A stretch of DNA of 62,654 nt from an uncultured Bacilli bacterium (GCA_944358735.1 CALVRT010000081.1:1-62654), one strand, 5' to 3'. Shown: positions 19,290 to 28,204, counted from the first letter of the stretch. Numbers and translations are program-made. Notes: generated by a model from the sequence alone, not told the origin.

Positions 19290-21215
19290 TCATAGTAATT
19301 CCTTAATTTTTTTCCTTATACTATCATAATCAAAATTATATTTCTTTAAAACATCTTCAGGTTTACCACTAGCCCCAAATTCATTTATGTTAATTAAATA
19401 TTTTTCACTCGAAACAAAATCCCTTAAGCCAAAGCTACTGCCGGCTTCGATAAAGAAAGTTTTTACTCCTACTGGTAATACCTCATATTGATACTCTTTA
19501 TTTTGCTTCTTAAATGACTCTACCGATGGCATACTAACAACTCTTATATCGTAATCTTTTTTTAAATCCTCTGCTACTTTTAAGGCGAGTTCAACTTCTG
19601 TCCCGGTAGCTATTAAAATAGCTGATAATTTCCCGGTTTCTCTCCTAACAATATAAGCTCCATTTTTAACCATAACATTACTAGTAGCTTTAAAATTATA
19701 TGTTTTTGCCCTTGATAGTATGATAGCACTGGGCTTTTTATTAATTAAAATATTTTGCCAAGAACCTACAGTTTCATTAAAATCGGCGGGCCGGTAAACG
19801 ATTAATCCCGGAATACTCCGAAGACTAGCTAATTGTTCTACTGGCTGATGGGTAGGCCCATCTTCACCAACATTTATAGAGTCATGAGTAAAAATATAAA
19901 CTACCGGCAATTCCATTAAAGCACTCATTCTAATTGCGGGCTTTAAATAGTCAGAGAAAGTTAAAAATGTCGAACAAAATGGTAAATAACCAGATAAAGC
20001 TAGTCCATTAGAAATAGAACCCATTGCGTGCTCACGAACACCATACCAAATATTTTTACCTTTATAGTTATTAGGCCCAAAATCGCCTTCGTCATTTAAA
20101 TACGCTTTAGTTGAACTTGCTAAATCTGCACTTCCGCCAAATAATAAAGGATTTTTCTCTGAAAAATAATTCATAACTATTTGATTACTATCTCTAGTTG
20201 CCAGCATCTGCGGAAAATCGATAGTCATATCATTAAAATTAATATTTGTTTCCCCTTTAATAAATTTAACTAAATATCCGTCTGGATGACTTGTTTCATA
20301 ATCGTTATAAGCTTTTTGATAGTTGAGATATTTTTCACTACTACGAGTCATTATCTTATTCTTAAAATAATTTACAGCTTCTTCATTAACATAAAATTCT
20401 TCTTCCGGAATATTAAGTTTTTGTTTTAATTGACTAATATCTTCTGAAGTCAAAGGCTTTCCGTGAATTTTATTAGTATTAGCAAGTAATGAACCTTCTC
20501 CTAATATAGTTTTAACCTCAATTAATACTGGTAAATCCGATTTTTTAGCCTTATTTATCGCTCGGTCAATTTCACTTACTTTATTACCAACACTAAATAC
20601 TTGCCACCCTAATGCGTCAAAACGTTCTAAAACATCTTCCGTAAAAGTATGATTTGTTTCCCCATCTAATGAAATTCTATTAGAATCATATAAAACAATT
20701 AAATTGTTTAATTTTAAGATTCCGGCTAACGAGGCAGCTTCATAACTAACGCCTTCCATTAAATCACCATCGCCACATAAAACATAAATATTATAATTAA
20801 TTAGTTCTTCTTCTGTTAAACTTTGTAAGTGCTTTTCCGCGATAGCCATACCAACTGCGGAAGCAAATCCTTGTCCAAGTGGTCCGGTACTCATATCAAC
20901 CCCTGGAGTAACATTATACTCTGGATGACCTGGGGTTTTAGAATTTAACTGCCTAAAACTTTTTAAATCATCTAAAGTAAGAAAACCACACATATACAAA
21001 GTCGCATATAGTAATGCAGACCCGTGACCGGCTGACATCACAAAACGGTCACGGTCCACCCACTTTGAATCATTTATATTTATGTGCATATGGTTTGCAT
21101 ATACAGTATAGATAATTGACGCAGCCGATAGAGTAATCCCCGGATGCCCACTACCAGCTTTATTTATCATATCAATACTTAAAGTTTTTAAATTAGCTAT
21201 AATATCTTTTTCCAT
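19290..21215 (-). CDS. tkt: transketolase
   Basis: GSGHPG, the ThDP motif GDGDLMEGVS, and a C-terminal pyrimidine-binding domain. Confidence 0.95.
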   Translation of the reverse strand: MEKDIIANLKTLSIDMINKAGSGHPGITLSAASIIYTVYANHMHININDSKWVDRDRFVMSAGHGSALLYATLYMCGFLTLDDLKSFRQLNSKTPGHPEYNVTPGVDMSTGPLGQGFASAVGMAIAEKHLQSLTEEELINYNIYVLCGDGDLMEGVSYEAASLAGILKLNNLIVLYDSNRISLDGETNHTFTEDVLERFDALGWQVFSVGNKVSEIDRAINKAKKSDLPVLIEVKTILGEGSLLANTNKIHGKPLTSEDISQLKQKLNIPEEEFYVNEEAVNYFKNKIMTRSSEKYLNYQKAYNDYETSHPDGYLVKFIKGETNINFNDMTIDFPQMLATRDSNQIVMNYFSEKNPLLFGGSADLASSTKAYLNDEGDFGPNNYKGKNIWYGVREHAMGSISNGLALSGYLPFCSTFLTFSDYLKPAIRMSALMELPVVYIFTHDSINVGEDGPTHQPVEQLASLRSIPGLIVYRPADFNETVGSWQNILINKKPSAIILSRAKTYNFKATSNVMVKNGAYIVRRETGKLSAILIATGTEVELALKVAEDLKKDYDIRVVSMPSVESFKKQNKEYQYEVLPVGVKTFFIEAGSSFGLRDFVSSEKYLININEFGASGKPEDVLKKYNFDYDSIRKKIKELL

Positions 21216-21327
21216 TTTAGTTTCATCCCTTTCATTTTGTTTAAAGCCTACTTAATAAACTAAATTTATTTTTGGGTTATCCCTCTATTCTAAAATATAT
21301 TATAGCAAATTTTTTATAAATTTTAAA

Positions 21328-21462
21328 CTAGATATTTAGAGTTTCATTAACCTCTATTTGATTTTCATCTAAAGTTTTGGGTGTATCACTACCAATATAA
21401 AATACGCCTATTACCATAACAGCAAAAATAATAATCCATTTGTTTTTAATAATTTCTTTCAT
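21328..21462 (-). CDS. unannotated 44-aa single-pass membrane peptide divergent from lexA (candidate SOS-induced division inhibitor)
   Basis: Reads aaagggtgatttagATG. Product is MKEIIKNKWIIIFAVMVIGVFYIGSDTPKTLDENQIEVNETLNI. Its promoter spacer is a LexA box. It is below the 60-aa cut-off of the ORF track. Confidence 0.6.
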   Translation of the reverse strand: MKEIIKNKWIIIFAVMVIGVFYIGSDTPKTLDENQIEVNETLNI

Positions 21463-21517
21463 CTAAATCACCCTTTCATTATTTAATTATGAATCAGCGC
21501 TTCTTCATTACACATCA

Positions 21518-21546
21518 ATCATATCACGAACAAATATTCGTGTCAA
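21518..21546 (-). promoter_or_regulatory. LexA-controlled promoter of the 44-codon ORF
   Basis: Minus strand reads TTGACA (21546..21541), a 17-nt spacer cgaatatttgttcgtga, then TATGAT (21523..21518). The spacer is LexA box 1. Confidence 0.7.
21527..21540. promoter_or_regulatory. LexA (Cheo) box 1
   Basis: CGAACAAATATTCG differs from the Firmicute consensus CGAAC-N4-GTTCG at one position. The flanks extend the palindrome (CACGAA...TTCGTG). Confidence 0.7.
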
Positions 21547-21554
21547 TAGTTTTT

Positions 21555-21568
21555 CAAACATTTGTTTG
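21555..21568. promoter_or_regulatory. LexA-box-like palindrome 2, overlapping the lexA -35
   Basis: CAAACATTTGTTTG has symmetric G-to-A and C-to-T changes relative to the consensus. Confidence 0.45.
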
Positions 21569-21594
21569 ACTTTTTACATTTTTTGTGTTAAAAT
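21566..21594 (+). promoter_or_regulatory. lexA promoter
   Basis: TTGACT (21566-21571), 17 nt, TAAAAT (21589-21594) with a TGt extended -10. Confidence 0.6.
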
Positions 21595-21646
21595 ATATTT
21601 GACATATTGAAATATATGGAAAAATTAATGTGTAAAGGAGGACATA

Positions 21647-22264
21647 ATGGAAAAATTAACTAAACGGCAAAACGATGTTTTAGATTTTGTTAAATCTTAT
21701 ATTGTCTCACACGGCTATCCACCAACAGTTAGAGAAATAGGTAAAGCTTTAGACATTTCGTCACCGGCGACCGTTCACGCCCATCTAAATAATTTAGAGA
21801 ATAAAGGTATAATTAAAAAAGATAGCTCAAAAAACCGAGCTATTGAATTACTTGTTAAGAACGAATATGAAAAGGAAAATGAACAAATAGCCGACGTTCC
21901 GCTTTTAGGAATGATAACGGCCGGTAGTCCAATTGAAGCTATTGAAATGCCAAATCAATTTTTCTCATTACCAACCAGTTTAATTCCCAAAGGTAAAGAA
22001 GTTTTTACACTAGAAGTTAGCGGAACTAGTATGATAAATGCTGGGATTTTAGACGGTGACATTGTTATTGTTGAAAGAAAAAATACCGCCAGAAACGGTG
22101 AAATTGTCGTAGCTATGACCGACGAAAACGAAGTTACTTTAAAAACCTTTTATAAAGAAAATGGATACTTTAGATTACAACCAGAAAATGATACAATGAA
22201 CCCAATCTTTTTAAATAATGTAACAATTTTAGGCAAAGCTATTGGTTTATACAGAAAAATATAA
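21647..22264 (+). CDS. lexA: LexA repressor
   Basis: N-terminal winged HTH (GYPPTVREIGKAL), an AG cleavage site (MITAGSP), and the Ser/Lys dyad (VSGTSM ... TLKTFY). Confidence 0.95.
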   Translation: MEKLTKRQNDVLDFVKSYIVSHGYPPTVREIGKALDISSPATVHAHLNNLENKGIIKKDSSKNRAIELLVKNEYEKENEQIADVPLLGMITAGSPIEAIEMPNQFFSLPTSLIPKGKEVFTLEVSGTSMINAGILDGDIVIVERKNTARNGEIVVAMTDENEVTLKTFYKENGYFRLQPENDTMNPIFLNNVTILGKAIGLYRKI

Positions 22265-22290
22265 GGAAATTAATCCTTATATTTTATTTT
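22261..22290. terminator. shared hairpin terminator between convergent lexA and the GNAT gene
   Basis: ATAAGGA-aattaa-TCCTTAT followed by attttatttt. Confidence 0.55.
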
Positions 22291-22925
22291 GTAAAAACTT
22301 TACCAGGCACAATCGCCCCAGTACTAGTTAATACTTCTTTCCCTTTTTGGCTAGTTGGATATATTAGAAAATGACGGTCATCTGATTCTACTTGGCCATT
22401 GCCTCTTTCAAAGGTAACCGTTTGAATAACTTTTTCGCCGTTTTGACACATATCAGTATAACCTAATTTTCTACATAACCCTTCAGACATTGAACCTTCT
22501 AAATTAGTTCTTAAGTAAATAAAATCAATACCATTTTCTAAAGCAATATCATGAATAACTTCCATTAAAGTAGTACAAACCCCATGGCCCCGATATTCTT
22601 TAAGGGTAGCAAGACCATAAATATAGAAAGGATTCAAAGCCCCAGCTTCGTCCGCAAAATAACTTTCGTGTTCTTCTTCCACTTCGTGCATAAGGCCAGC
22701 AAGACCCATTAAATCACCATTACTATGGTAATAACCTAAAGCTAGGCCGTTTTTTAAATAACCATTATATTCTTCTAATTTATCTTTCAAAGTTAATGGC
22801 TCATCAAACGGTGGTTCTTTAAAAACATCGATTACTTTAGAAAAGTCGTCAAAATTAGTAATTGGCTTTATAACAAAGCCATTTTCTTTTTCAATTGGTT
22901 TCATATTAAATAATTTGTTTTGCAT
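22284..22925 (-). CDS. GNAT-family N-acetyltransferase
   Basis: The acetyl-CoA binding core reads KEYRGHGVCTTLMEVIHDIALENGIDFIYL. It lies 4 nt downstream of the M20 gene, suggesting an operon. Confidence 0.75.
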   Translation of the reverse strand: MQNKLFNMKPIEKENGFVIKPITNFDDFSKVIDVFKEPPFDEPLTLKDKLEEYNGYLKNGLALGYYHSNGDLMGLAGLMHEVEEEHESYFADEAGALNPFYIYGLATLKEYRGHGVCTTLMEVIHDIALENGIDFIYLRTNLEGSMSEGLCRKLGYTDMCQNGEKVIQTVTFERGNGQVESDDRHFLIYPTSQKGKEVLTSTGAIVPGKVFTK

Positions 22926-22929
22926 TTTA

Positions 22930-23988
22930 TCACTCCTCTATTAATTTTTTAAATATTTTATATAAATTTAATAATGATTCTTTATTAACATATTCATTTG
23001 GACAGTGCGGATTATCCCCGATTGGATTAGTTAAAACTGTTGGAATATTTTTATCCGCAAAGTAAATCGCATCAGATGTTGCAACATTTTTAATTATCTC
23101 TGGTTTATAACCAAGGATTTCTTTACTAATTTTTAAATATTTCTCGATATATTTATTATTAATGTCGGTGGCAAAAGCCAAGCCTTTTTCGATAACTGTT
23201 ACTTTAATATTAGCATTTATTTTGTTTATTTCATCTAATATTTCGTCAGTATTACATTCAGGTACATACCGAATATCTAAATACATAACAGCCTCATCAG
23301 GAACCTGATTTAAAGCTTTACCACCTTCTAATTTTGACAAATTAATCGAAGTTTGAAAATCATCATCGTTTTTTGGTAACGGATATTTTTTAAGTAGTTT
23401 TTCATAACAACTATATAACTCGTTTATCGCATTAATACCATTATAGGGCTGGGACGCATGCGCAGATGTGGTTTTAACTTCAAGTTTTAATTGAAATAAA
23501 CCTTTTTGTTTATAAATGACTTGAAAATTTTTACCCCCATCAGGGACAACCGCTAAATTAATATTAGGATATAAATTAACAAGCTCTCGTGCGCAGTGGC
23601 CGGCAATTTCTTCATCACTAGTTAAAAACAAAGCTATTTTTTTTTTTTTTTTTAAGTGCTTAAATAATGTTAAAATAACAGCAACTGACCCTTTCATATC
23701 AACCGCTCCCCGGCCATAGACATTTTTTTCATCTTCGGAAAATCTATAAGTATCAGCTGGCACAACATCGACATGAGCACAGAAAACAATATCATAAGCC
23801 GTATCTTTGGTATTAGCAATTACCAAAGATGAATGACCTTCAAATTCATAATCTTTTATAAATAAGTTTTTAGGTAATCTAGTTTTTACTTCATCTAATA
23901 ATTTTTTATTCATCTGTTTATCAGAAGAAACACTAGGACAGTTCATAAGTATTTTTAATTCTTCAAGTATTTCCTTTAAGTTATCCAT
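22930..23988 (-). CDS. M20-family metallopeptidase / deacylase (ArgE/DapE-like)
   Basis: CAHVDVVP, GRGAVDMKG and SDEEIAG metal-ligand motifs. Confidence 0.8.
   Translation of the reverse strand: MDNLKEILEELKILMNCPSVSSDKQMNKKLLDEVKTRLPKNLFIKDYEFEGHSSLVIANTKDTAYDIVFCAHVDVVPADTYRFSEDEKNVYGRGAVDMKGSVAVILTLFKHLKKKKKIALFLTSDEEIAGHCARELVNLYPNINLAVVPDGGKNFQVIYKQKGLFQLKLEVKTTSAHASQPYNGINAINELYSCYEKLLKKYPLPKNDDDFQTSINLSKLEGGKALNQVPDEAVMYLDIRYVPECNTDEILDEINKINANIKVTVIEKGLAFATDINNKYIEKYLKISKEILGYKPEIIKNVATSDAIYFADKNIPTVLTNPIGDNPHCPNEYVNKESLLNLYKIFKKLIEE
23637..23653. repeat. 17-nt homopolymer (A17 on the coding strand) inside the M20 gene
   Basis: It encodes L-K-K-K-K-K-I. Confidence 0.95.
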
Positions 23989-24221
23989 ATTTATTCCTTT
24001 CTCACAAAATTAAAACCTATGCTTGTATATGCATAGGTTCTATAGTTTAGACTATAAAATTATTTCCGTCCGCAGATACAAGCATCACAAACAGTACTTG
24101 CATCTTTGACTTTCATCTAGCAAGTACTTACTGACAGCGTCTGCGGTTGTTCATTTGAAATAATTTCATAATATCTTCCTTTCTTGGTCTATATAATACA
24201 CAAAATATTTTCTTTTGTCAA
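23989..24221 (-). promoter_or_regulatory. promoter plus leader of about 200 nt with a leader ORF, antiterminator and terminator upstream of the M20/GNAT operon
   Basis: TTGACA (24221..24216), 17 nt, TATTAT (24198..24193). Long stem: CCGCAGA (24146..24140) pairs with TCTGCGG (24076..24070). Terminator: AACCTATGC (24039..24031) pairs with GCATAGGTT (24022..24014), followed by UUUUAAUUUU. Alternative 10-bp pairing: ATGCTTGTAT (24085..24076) with ATACAAGCAT (24028..24019). Confidence 0.6.
24128..24169 (-). CDS. 13-codon leader peptide MKLFQMNNRRRCQ with three consecutive Arg codons
   Basis: aaaggaagatattATG; codons CGC-AGA-CGC at 24145..24137 overlap the 5' arm of the long leader stem. Confidence 0.5.
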   Translation of the reverse strand: MKLFQMNNRRRCQ

Positions 24222-24265
24222 GCTTTAGAAAAAAATTATTTTTAGGTGAAGTATCGTTTTTCAAA

Positions 24266-24895
24266 CTAATTAGTTACTTTGATTAACCTTTTCCTAACTG
24301 TTTTATTACCTGTTTCATCAGTAGCTGTATAAGTTATAACATAATCCCCAGTTTCTTCTTTTAATGTACCTTCATAGCTCAAATCATAATCACCTGAATT
24401 ATCAGTAACTTCTATCCCTTCTTTTAAATCATAATTATTAACTTCACTTTTAGTGATTGTTACCGTTGTTGGTAAAGTTATTTTCGGAGCTTCTCTATCA
24501 ACAATTTTAACTACCCTACTAACAGAAGTTACAAGTTTAGAGTTATCTGGGTCACTAACACTATAAAAAATACGGTAAGTCGTAAACTTACTAGTATCAA
24601 CTTCACTTCTTACCCGGTTATCTTCATAAACTGATGTTTGAATTAAATTAGAAATGTTTCTCCCATCTTTTGTATAAGCAGACGCTCCAAGTTCCTCATA
24701 CTCACCATTCATTTCGGTATAAACAACATAGCCCCCATTTAAAATAATTTCTGGATTATCACTTTCTTCATAAGTGACATAGTTAGGTTTTTCTTCGGGA
24801 ATTAAGTTAATAACAATCATGCATACAATTGCCGAAACTATTACAAGAAAAACAATGGCGATTAATTTAGGCAATACTATTCCTGATTGATTCAT
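24266..24895 (-). CDS. membrane-anchored protein with a C-terminal Ig-like (DUF5011-type) domain
   Basis: N-terminal TM helix. C-terminus DREAPKITL...GIEVTDNSGDYDLSY...GDYVITYTATDETGN resembles bacterial Ig-like/DUF5011 repeats. Its start overlaps the stop of the pilin-like gene. Confidence 0.55.
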   Translation of the reverse strand: MNQSGIVLPKLIAIVFLVIVSAIVCMIVINLIPEEKPNYVTYEESDNPEIILNGGYVVYTEMNGEYEELGASAYTKDGRNISNLIQTSVYEDNRVRSEVDTSKFTTYRIFYSVSDPDNSKLVTSVSRVVKIVDREAPKITLPTTVTITKSEVNNYDLKEGIEVTDNSGDYDLSYEGTLKEETGDYVITYTATDETGNKTVRKRLIKVTN

Positions 24896-25329
24896 TAATT
24901 AGTTTCCCCTCCAGCATCATCAACAGTAGCTTTATACTCAAAATGATTACCCTTTTTAGTAACCGTTACATAGCTTAAGGTAGGATTAAACGGCTCGCCG
25001 GTTTTTGGATTGTCAACTTCTGTCGGTAAATAGCCACCTTTTTGTAAAGTATCTAATGTTACGCAGCACGGGTTAACTGGTTTTTGGTCACCCGCATCAC
25101 AAGGTGAAGTGTTACATTTTGCACCCACTTGATTTAACTTTTCTAAATTCTCTGCATAATAGTTTTTAGCCGCCTTAACTAGCTGATTGATTTGGGTATT
25201 ATATAAATCTTCATCACTTTTATTAATACTTCTATCAATAAGCGGAACGGCAATCATCGAAATAATAGCTAAAATAACAATAACACCTAATAATTCAACT
25301 AATGTAAATCCTTTTTTCATATCTTTCAC
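24895..25329 (-). CDS. prepilin-type N-terminal cleavage/methylation-domain protein (type IV pilin / ComGC-like pseudopilin)
   Basis: MKDMKKG/FTLVELLGVIVILAIISMIAVP shows the canonical G/FTLxE prepilin motif. Confidence 0.8.
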   Translation of the reverse strand: MKDMKKGFTLVELLGVIVILAIISMIAVPLIDRSINKSDEDLYNTQINQLVKAAKNYYAENLEKLNQVGAKCNTSPCDAGDQKPVNPCCVTLDTLQKGGYLPTEVDNPKTGEPFNPTLSYVTVTKKGNHFEYKATVDDAGGETN

Positions 25330-25346
25330 CTAATATAATTATAAAT

Positions 25347-25374
25347 ATAAAAACTAGCTTCGTCAAGAGCTAGT
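25347..25374 (-). terminator. intrinsic terminator after xseB
   Basis: Minus strand reads ACTAGCT-cttgacga-AGCTAGT followed by TTTTAT. Confidence 0.65.
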
Positions 25375-25585
25375 TTTCAGGATTAAAATCTTCTAAAGTG
25401 CCATCTTCAGTTACAATTTTATTAACTTTTTCTTCAATATTTTTAAGTTGTTCATCACATTCTTTAACTAACTTCATAGCTTTAGTATACTTTTCGATTG
25501 ATTCGTCTAAAGAAACTTCACCATTTTCAAGTTCAGCAATTATTCCTTCTAGTTCCTTTACTTTATCTTCAAATTTTTTTTCCAT
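25370..25585 (-). CDS. xseB: exodeoxyribonuclease VII small subunit
   Basis: A 71-aa helical protein (FEDKVKELEGIIAELENGEVSLDESIEKY) directly after xseA. Confidence 0.9.
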   Translation of the reverse strand: MEKKFEDKVKELEGIIAELENGEVSLDESIEKYTKAMKLVKECDEQLKNIEEKVNKIVTEDGTLEDFNPEN

Positions 25586-26991
25586 TATTTATCCTCCTTC
25601 TTTTTTAATATTTTAGCCATAATATAACCATCATTCACTTTAATATTTAAAGTATCATTTATATTAACTTGTTTTAAACTTTTAACTATTTTATCGTTAA
25701 GGTAAGTAATACTATAACCTCTACCAATTATTTTCAAAGGATTTAAAAGTTCTAATTTATCAATAATACCAGATAATTTAGTCTGCTCTTTTTCATATAA
25801 TTTTTGAGGATTAGTTAAAATATAGCTATTTTTTATATATTCTAACTTCAATTCTTTTACTTTTAAATTATTATAAAATAATTCAGTAACTCTTTTAGCC
25901 ATTGAGGCAATACTTTCAGCTTTAGCTTGGTAAAGCATTTCCGGATTGTTTAAAATATAATGACTGCGCAAATTAATTAATTTTTCTTTTTCTTTCGCAA
26001 GTTTTTGCGTTATCAAAGTATTTAATTTTTCGTTTATTAAAGAAATTGTTTGTTTTTTATTTTCATACATAACCATTGGCGTTTTTAAAACATAAGAGCT
26101 TTTTATTGCTTCAAGGTGCAAGCGTTCATATTTTATTTTTTTATTTATTGCTTCTCTTAATCTAATCGATAACTGGCTAATATGATTTGTTAAATCTACC
26201 ATATTAGGAACAGCCAGTTCAGCGGCCGCTGTTGGCGTTGGTGCTCTTAAATCAGCGACAAAATCACTTATTGTAAAATCAATTTCGTGCCCAACAGCAC
26301 TAATTGTTGGAATTTTACACTGATAAATAGCCCTCGCCACTATTTCTTCGTTAAAAGGCCATAAATCCTCGATTGAGCCACCACCCCGGCCAATGATTAA
26401 CACATCTAAATCAAAGTTTTCGGCTCGCCCAATATTGCGAACAATATCATCTTTAGCGTTTTCTCCTTGAACTAAAGTCGGAAAAAGAATTGTTTCACAA
26501 ATTGGAAAACGTCTTTTTATCGTTGTTATAATATCTCTAACTGCCGCCCCGGTACTAGCTGTAATTATTCCAACTCTTTTAGGAATTTTCGGAATTGGCT
26601 TTTTATGACTTTCAGCAAATAAACCTTCTTTAGCAAGTTCCTTTTTTAACTTTTCAAAAGCCACATACAAATTTCCCATACCATCTTCAAGCATTTCATC
26701 GACATAAATTTGATAATTACCAGTAGCTTCATAGACACTAATTCGGCCAGCGACTAAAACTTTAGAACCGTCAGTTGGTGTAAAATTTAATTTACTAGCA
26801 CTTGTGCGAAACATAATCGCATTTATTTTACTGTTTTCATCTTTAAGAGAAAAATATAAATGTCCGGTCGTATGGGCTTTAAAATTAGAAATTTCGCCTT
26901 TTAAAAAGACCATCTTCAAGTTATTGTCACTATCAAATTTAGCTTTTAAATACCTAGTAATGGCTGTTATTGTCAAATATTTTTCATTCAT
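25585..26991 (-). CDS. xseA: exodeoxyribonuclease VII large subunit
   Basis: N-terminal OB fold, IGRGGGSIEDLWPFNEE, and a long coiled-coil tail. Confidence 0.93.
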   Translation of the reverse strand: MNEKYLTITAITRYLKAKFDSDNNLKMVFLKGEISNFKAHTTGHLYFSLKDENSKINAIMFRTSASKLNFTPTDGSKVLVAGRISVYEATGNYQIYVDEMLEDGMGNLYVAFEKLKKELAKEGLFAESHKKPIPKIPKRVGIITASTGAAVRDIITTIKRRFPICETILFPTLVQGENAKDDIVRNIGRAENFDLDVLIIGRGGGSIEDLWPFNEEIVARAIYQCKIPTISAVGHEIDFTISDFVADLRAPTPTAAAELAVPNMVDLTNHISQLSIRLREAINKKIKYERLHLEAIKSSYVLKTPMVMYENKKQTISLINEKLNTLITQKLAKEKEKLINLRSHYILNNPEMLYQAKAESIASMAKRVTELFYNNLKVKELKLEYIKNSYILTNPQKLYEKEQTKLSGIIDKLELLNPLKIIGRGYSITYLNDKIVKSLKQVNINDTLNIKVNDGYIMAKILKKKEDK

Positions 26992-26993
26992 AA

Positions 26994-27398
26994 TCACACC
27001 TGCTTATTATGATATATTTTGTCCAAAACCCCATTAATCATTTTTCTTACCTTATCATCACTATAAACTTTAGCAAGTTCAATTGCTTCATTTATCGCAA
27101 CAATATCTGGTGTTCCTGTATAAAGAAGCTCAAAAATTCCCATTCTTAAGATGGCTTTATCAGTATTACCAAGCCTATCAATCGTCCAGCTATCTAAATA
27201 TTTATTAGCAAGTTCATCAATTGATTCTTTATAAGTTATAACACCATAAACAACATCCTTAACAAATTCATTATCAATAACTGATACTTCTTTAATAACA
27301 TCATCCACGGTATAAGGTATATTATTTGTATCATACACTTCAATTTGATATAAAATAGTCATACATTGTTTACGTAATTCACTTCTGTTTGTTTGCAT
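26994..27398 (-). CDS. nusB: transcription antitermination factor NusB
   Basis: [14 protein letters not shown] ... [10 protein letters not shown] ... INEAIELAK. Start taken at ATG 27398 (AAAGGTGG upstream). Confidence 0.9.
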   Translation of the reverse strand: MQTNRSELRKQCMTILYQIEVYDTNNIPYTVDDVIKEVSVIDNEFVKDVVYGVITYKESIDELANKYLDSWTIDRLGNTDKAILRMGIFELLYTGTPDIVAINEAIELAKVYSDDKVRKMINGVLDKIYHNKQV

Positions 27399-27444
27399 TT
27401 TTACCACCTTTATTAATTTTACCATAAAAAAAGAAAAATAGTAA

Positions 27445-27834
27445 CTATTTTAAGTATTTTTCTCCTTTACCTTGATATAATTTAACTAAACACCAAATAT
27501 GAACATATATTAACAAAATAATTAATAACACCCAGCCGATAATCGGTACGATAATACAAATAAGCCAGGCATAAGGTAAAGCATATATTTCAGCACCTGG
27601 AACTTCCAACTTTTTACAAACACTTGTTAACGTTTGTAAATAAAAAATTACTAGCATCACTGCTGCTGGAAAGAAAAATAAAATAATTCCCAATGCCCAA
27701 TAATACCATTTAGCATACCAAGCCTTACGGTCAAAAACTTCAAGTAAAGCGCCTAGAAAAAATATCGAAACGCCGGCTGAACCAATACCAAGTAAAATCC
27801 ATAACCACCAATTATTTCTTTTTAATAAACTCAT
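27445..27834 (-). CDS. small 4-TM membrane protein, function unknown
   Basis: Trp/Tyr-rich hydrophobic protein; no motif recognised. Confidence 0.5.
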   Translation of the reverse strand: MSLLKRNNWWLWILLGIGSAGVSIFFLGALLEVFDRKAWYAKWYYWALGIILFFFPAAVMLVIFYLQTLTSVCKKLEVPGAEIYALPYAWLICIIVPIIGWVLLIILLIYVHIWCLVKLYQGKGEKYLK

Positions 27835-27869
27835 AAACTCCTCCTCAAAAAAAAGATAATTATTATCTT

Positions 27870-28064
27870 TTATTCGCAGCGCCCTTCTCCTGGATTTTCA
27901 CCTTCAACATATTCTTTATCAATTAACTCGCAAGACGTTTTAGTCATCGAATCGCGAAGATAACCACCAAATATTTTTACGATACTTACAACAATAACAC
28001 TAATAACCGCAATGATTAATAAATATTCAACAAGAGCCTGCCCTTTACTATTTAGTTTATTCAT
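27870..28064 (-). CDS. Flp/Fap-type (class III signal peptide) pilin-like protein
   Basis: MNKLNSKG/QALVEYLLIIAVISVIVVSIV matches the Flp G/xxxxEY processing motif followed by a hydrophobic helix. Confidence 0.6.
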   Translation of the reverse strand: MNKLNSKGQALVEYLLIIAVISVIVVSIVKIFGGYLRDSMTKTSCELIDKEYVEGENPGEGRCE

Positions 28065-28204
28065 GCCATCCTCCTAAAACCACCTATATTTATTACATTA
28101 TAAAATATTTTTAATGAAAAAGCAAGTAATTATAATAAAATATTTAAGTAGAAATGTGTTTGTAATTTAAAAGCTAATGAGCTTCACTACTCATCCTGAT
28201 TTAT

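Noticed and set aside
24061-24150. The structured leader as a known riboswitch class (lysine L-box or T-box) upstream of the M20 gene
   Set aside because: I could not find the T-box sequence (AGAGA / UGGNACC-type core), a specifier-loop architecture or the L-box conserved junction motifs. A translatable leader ORF with an Arg run fits the structure better.
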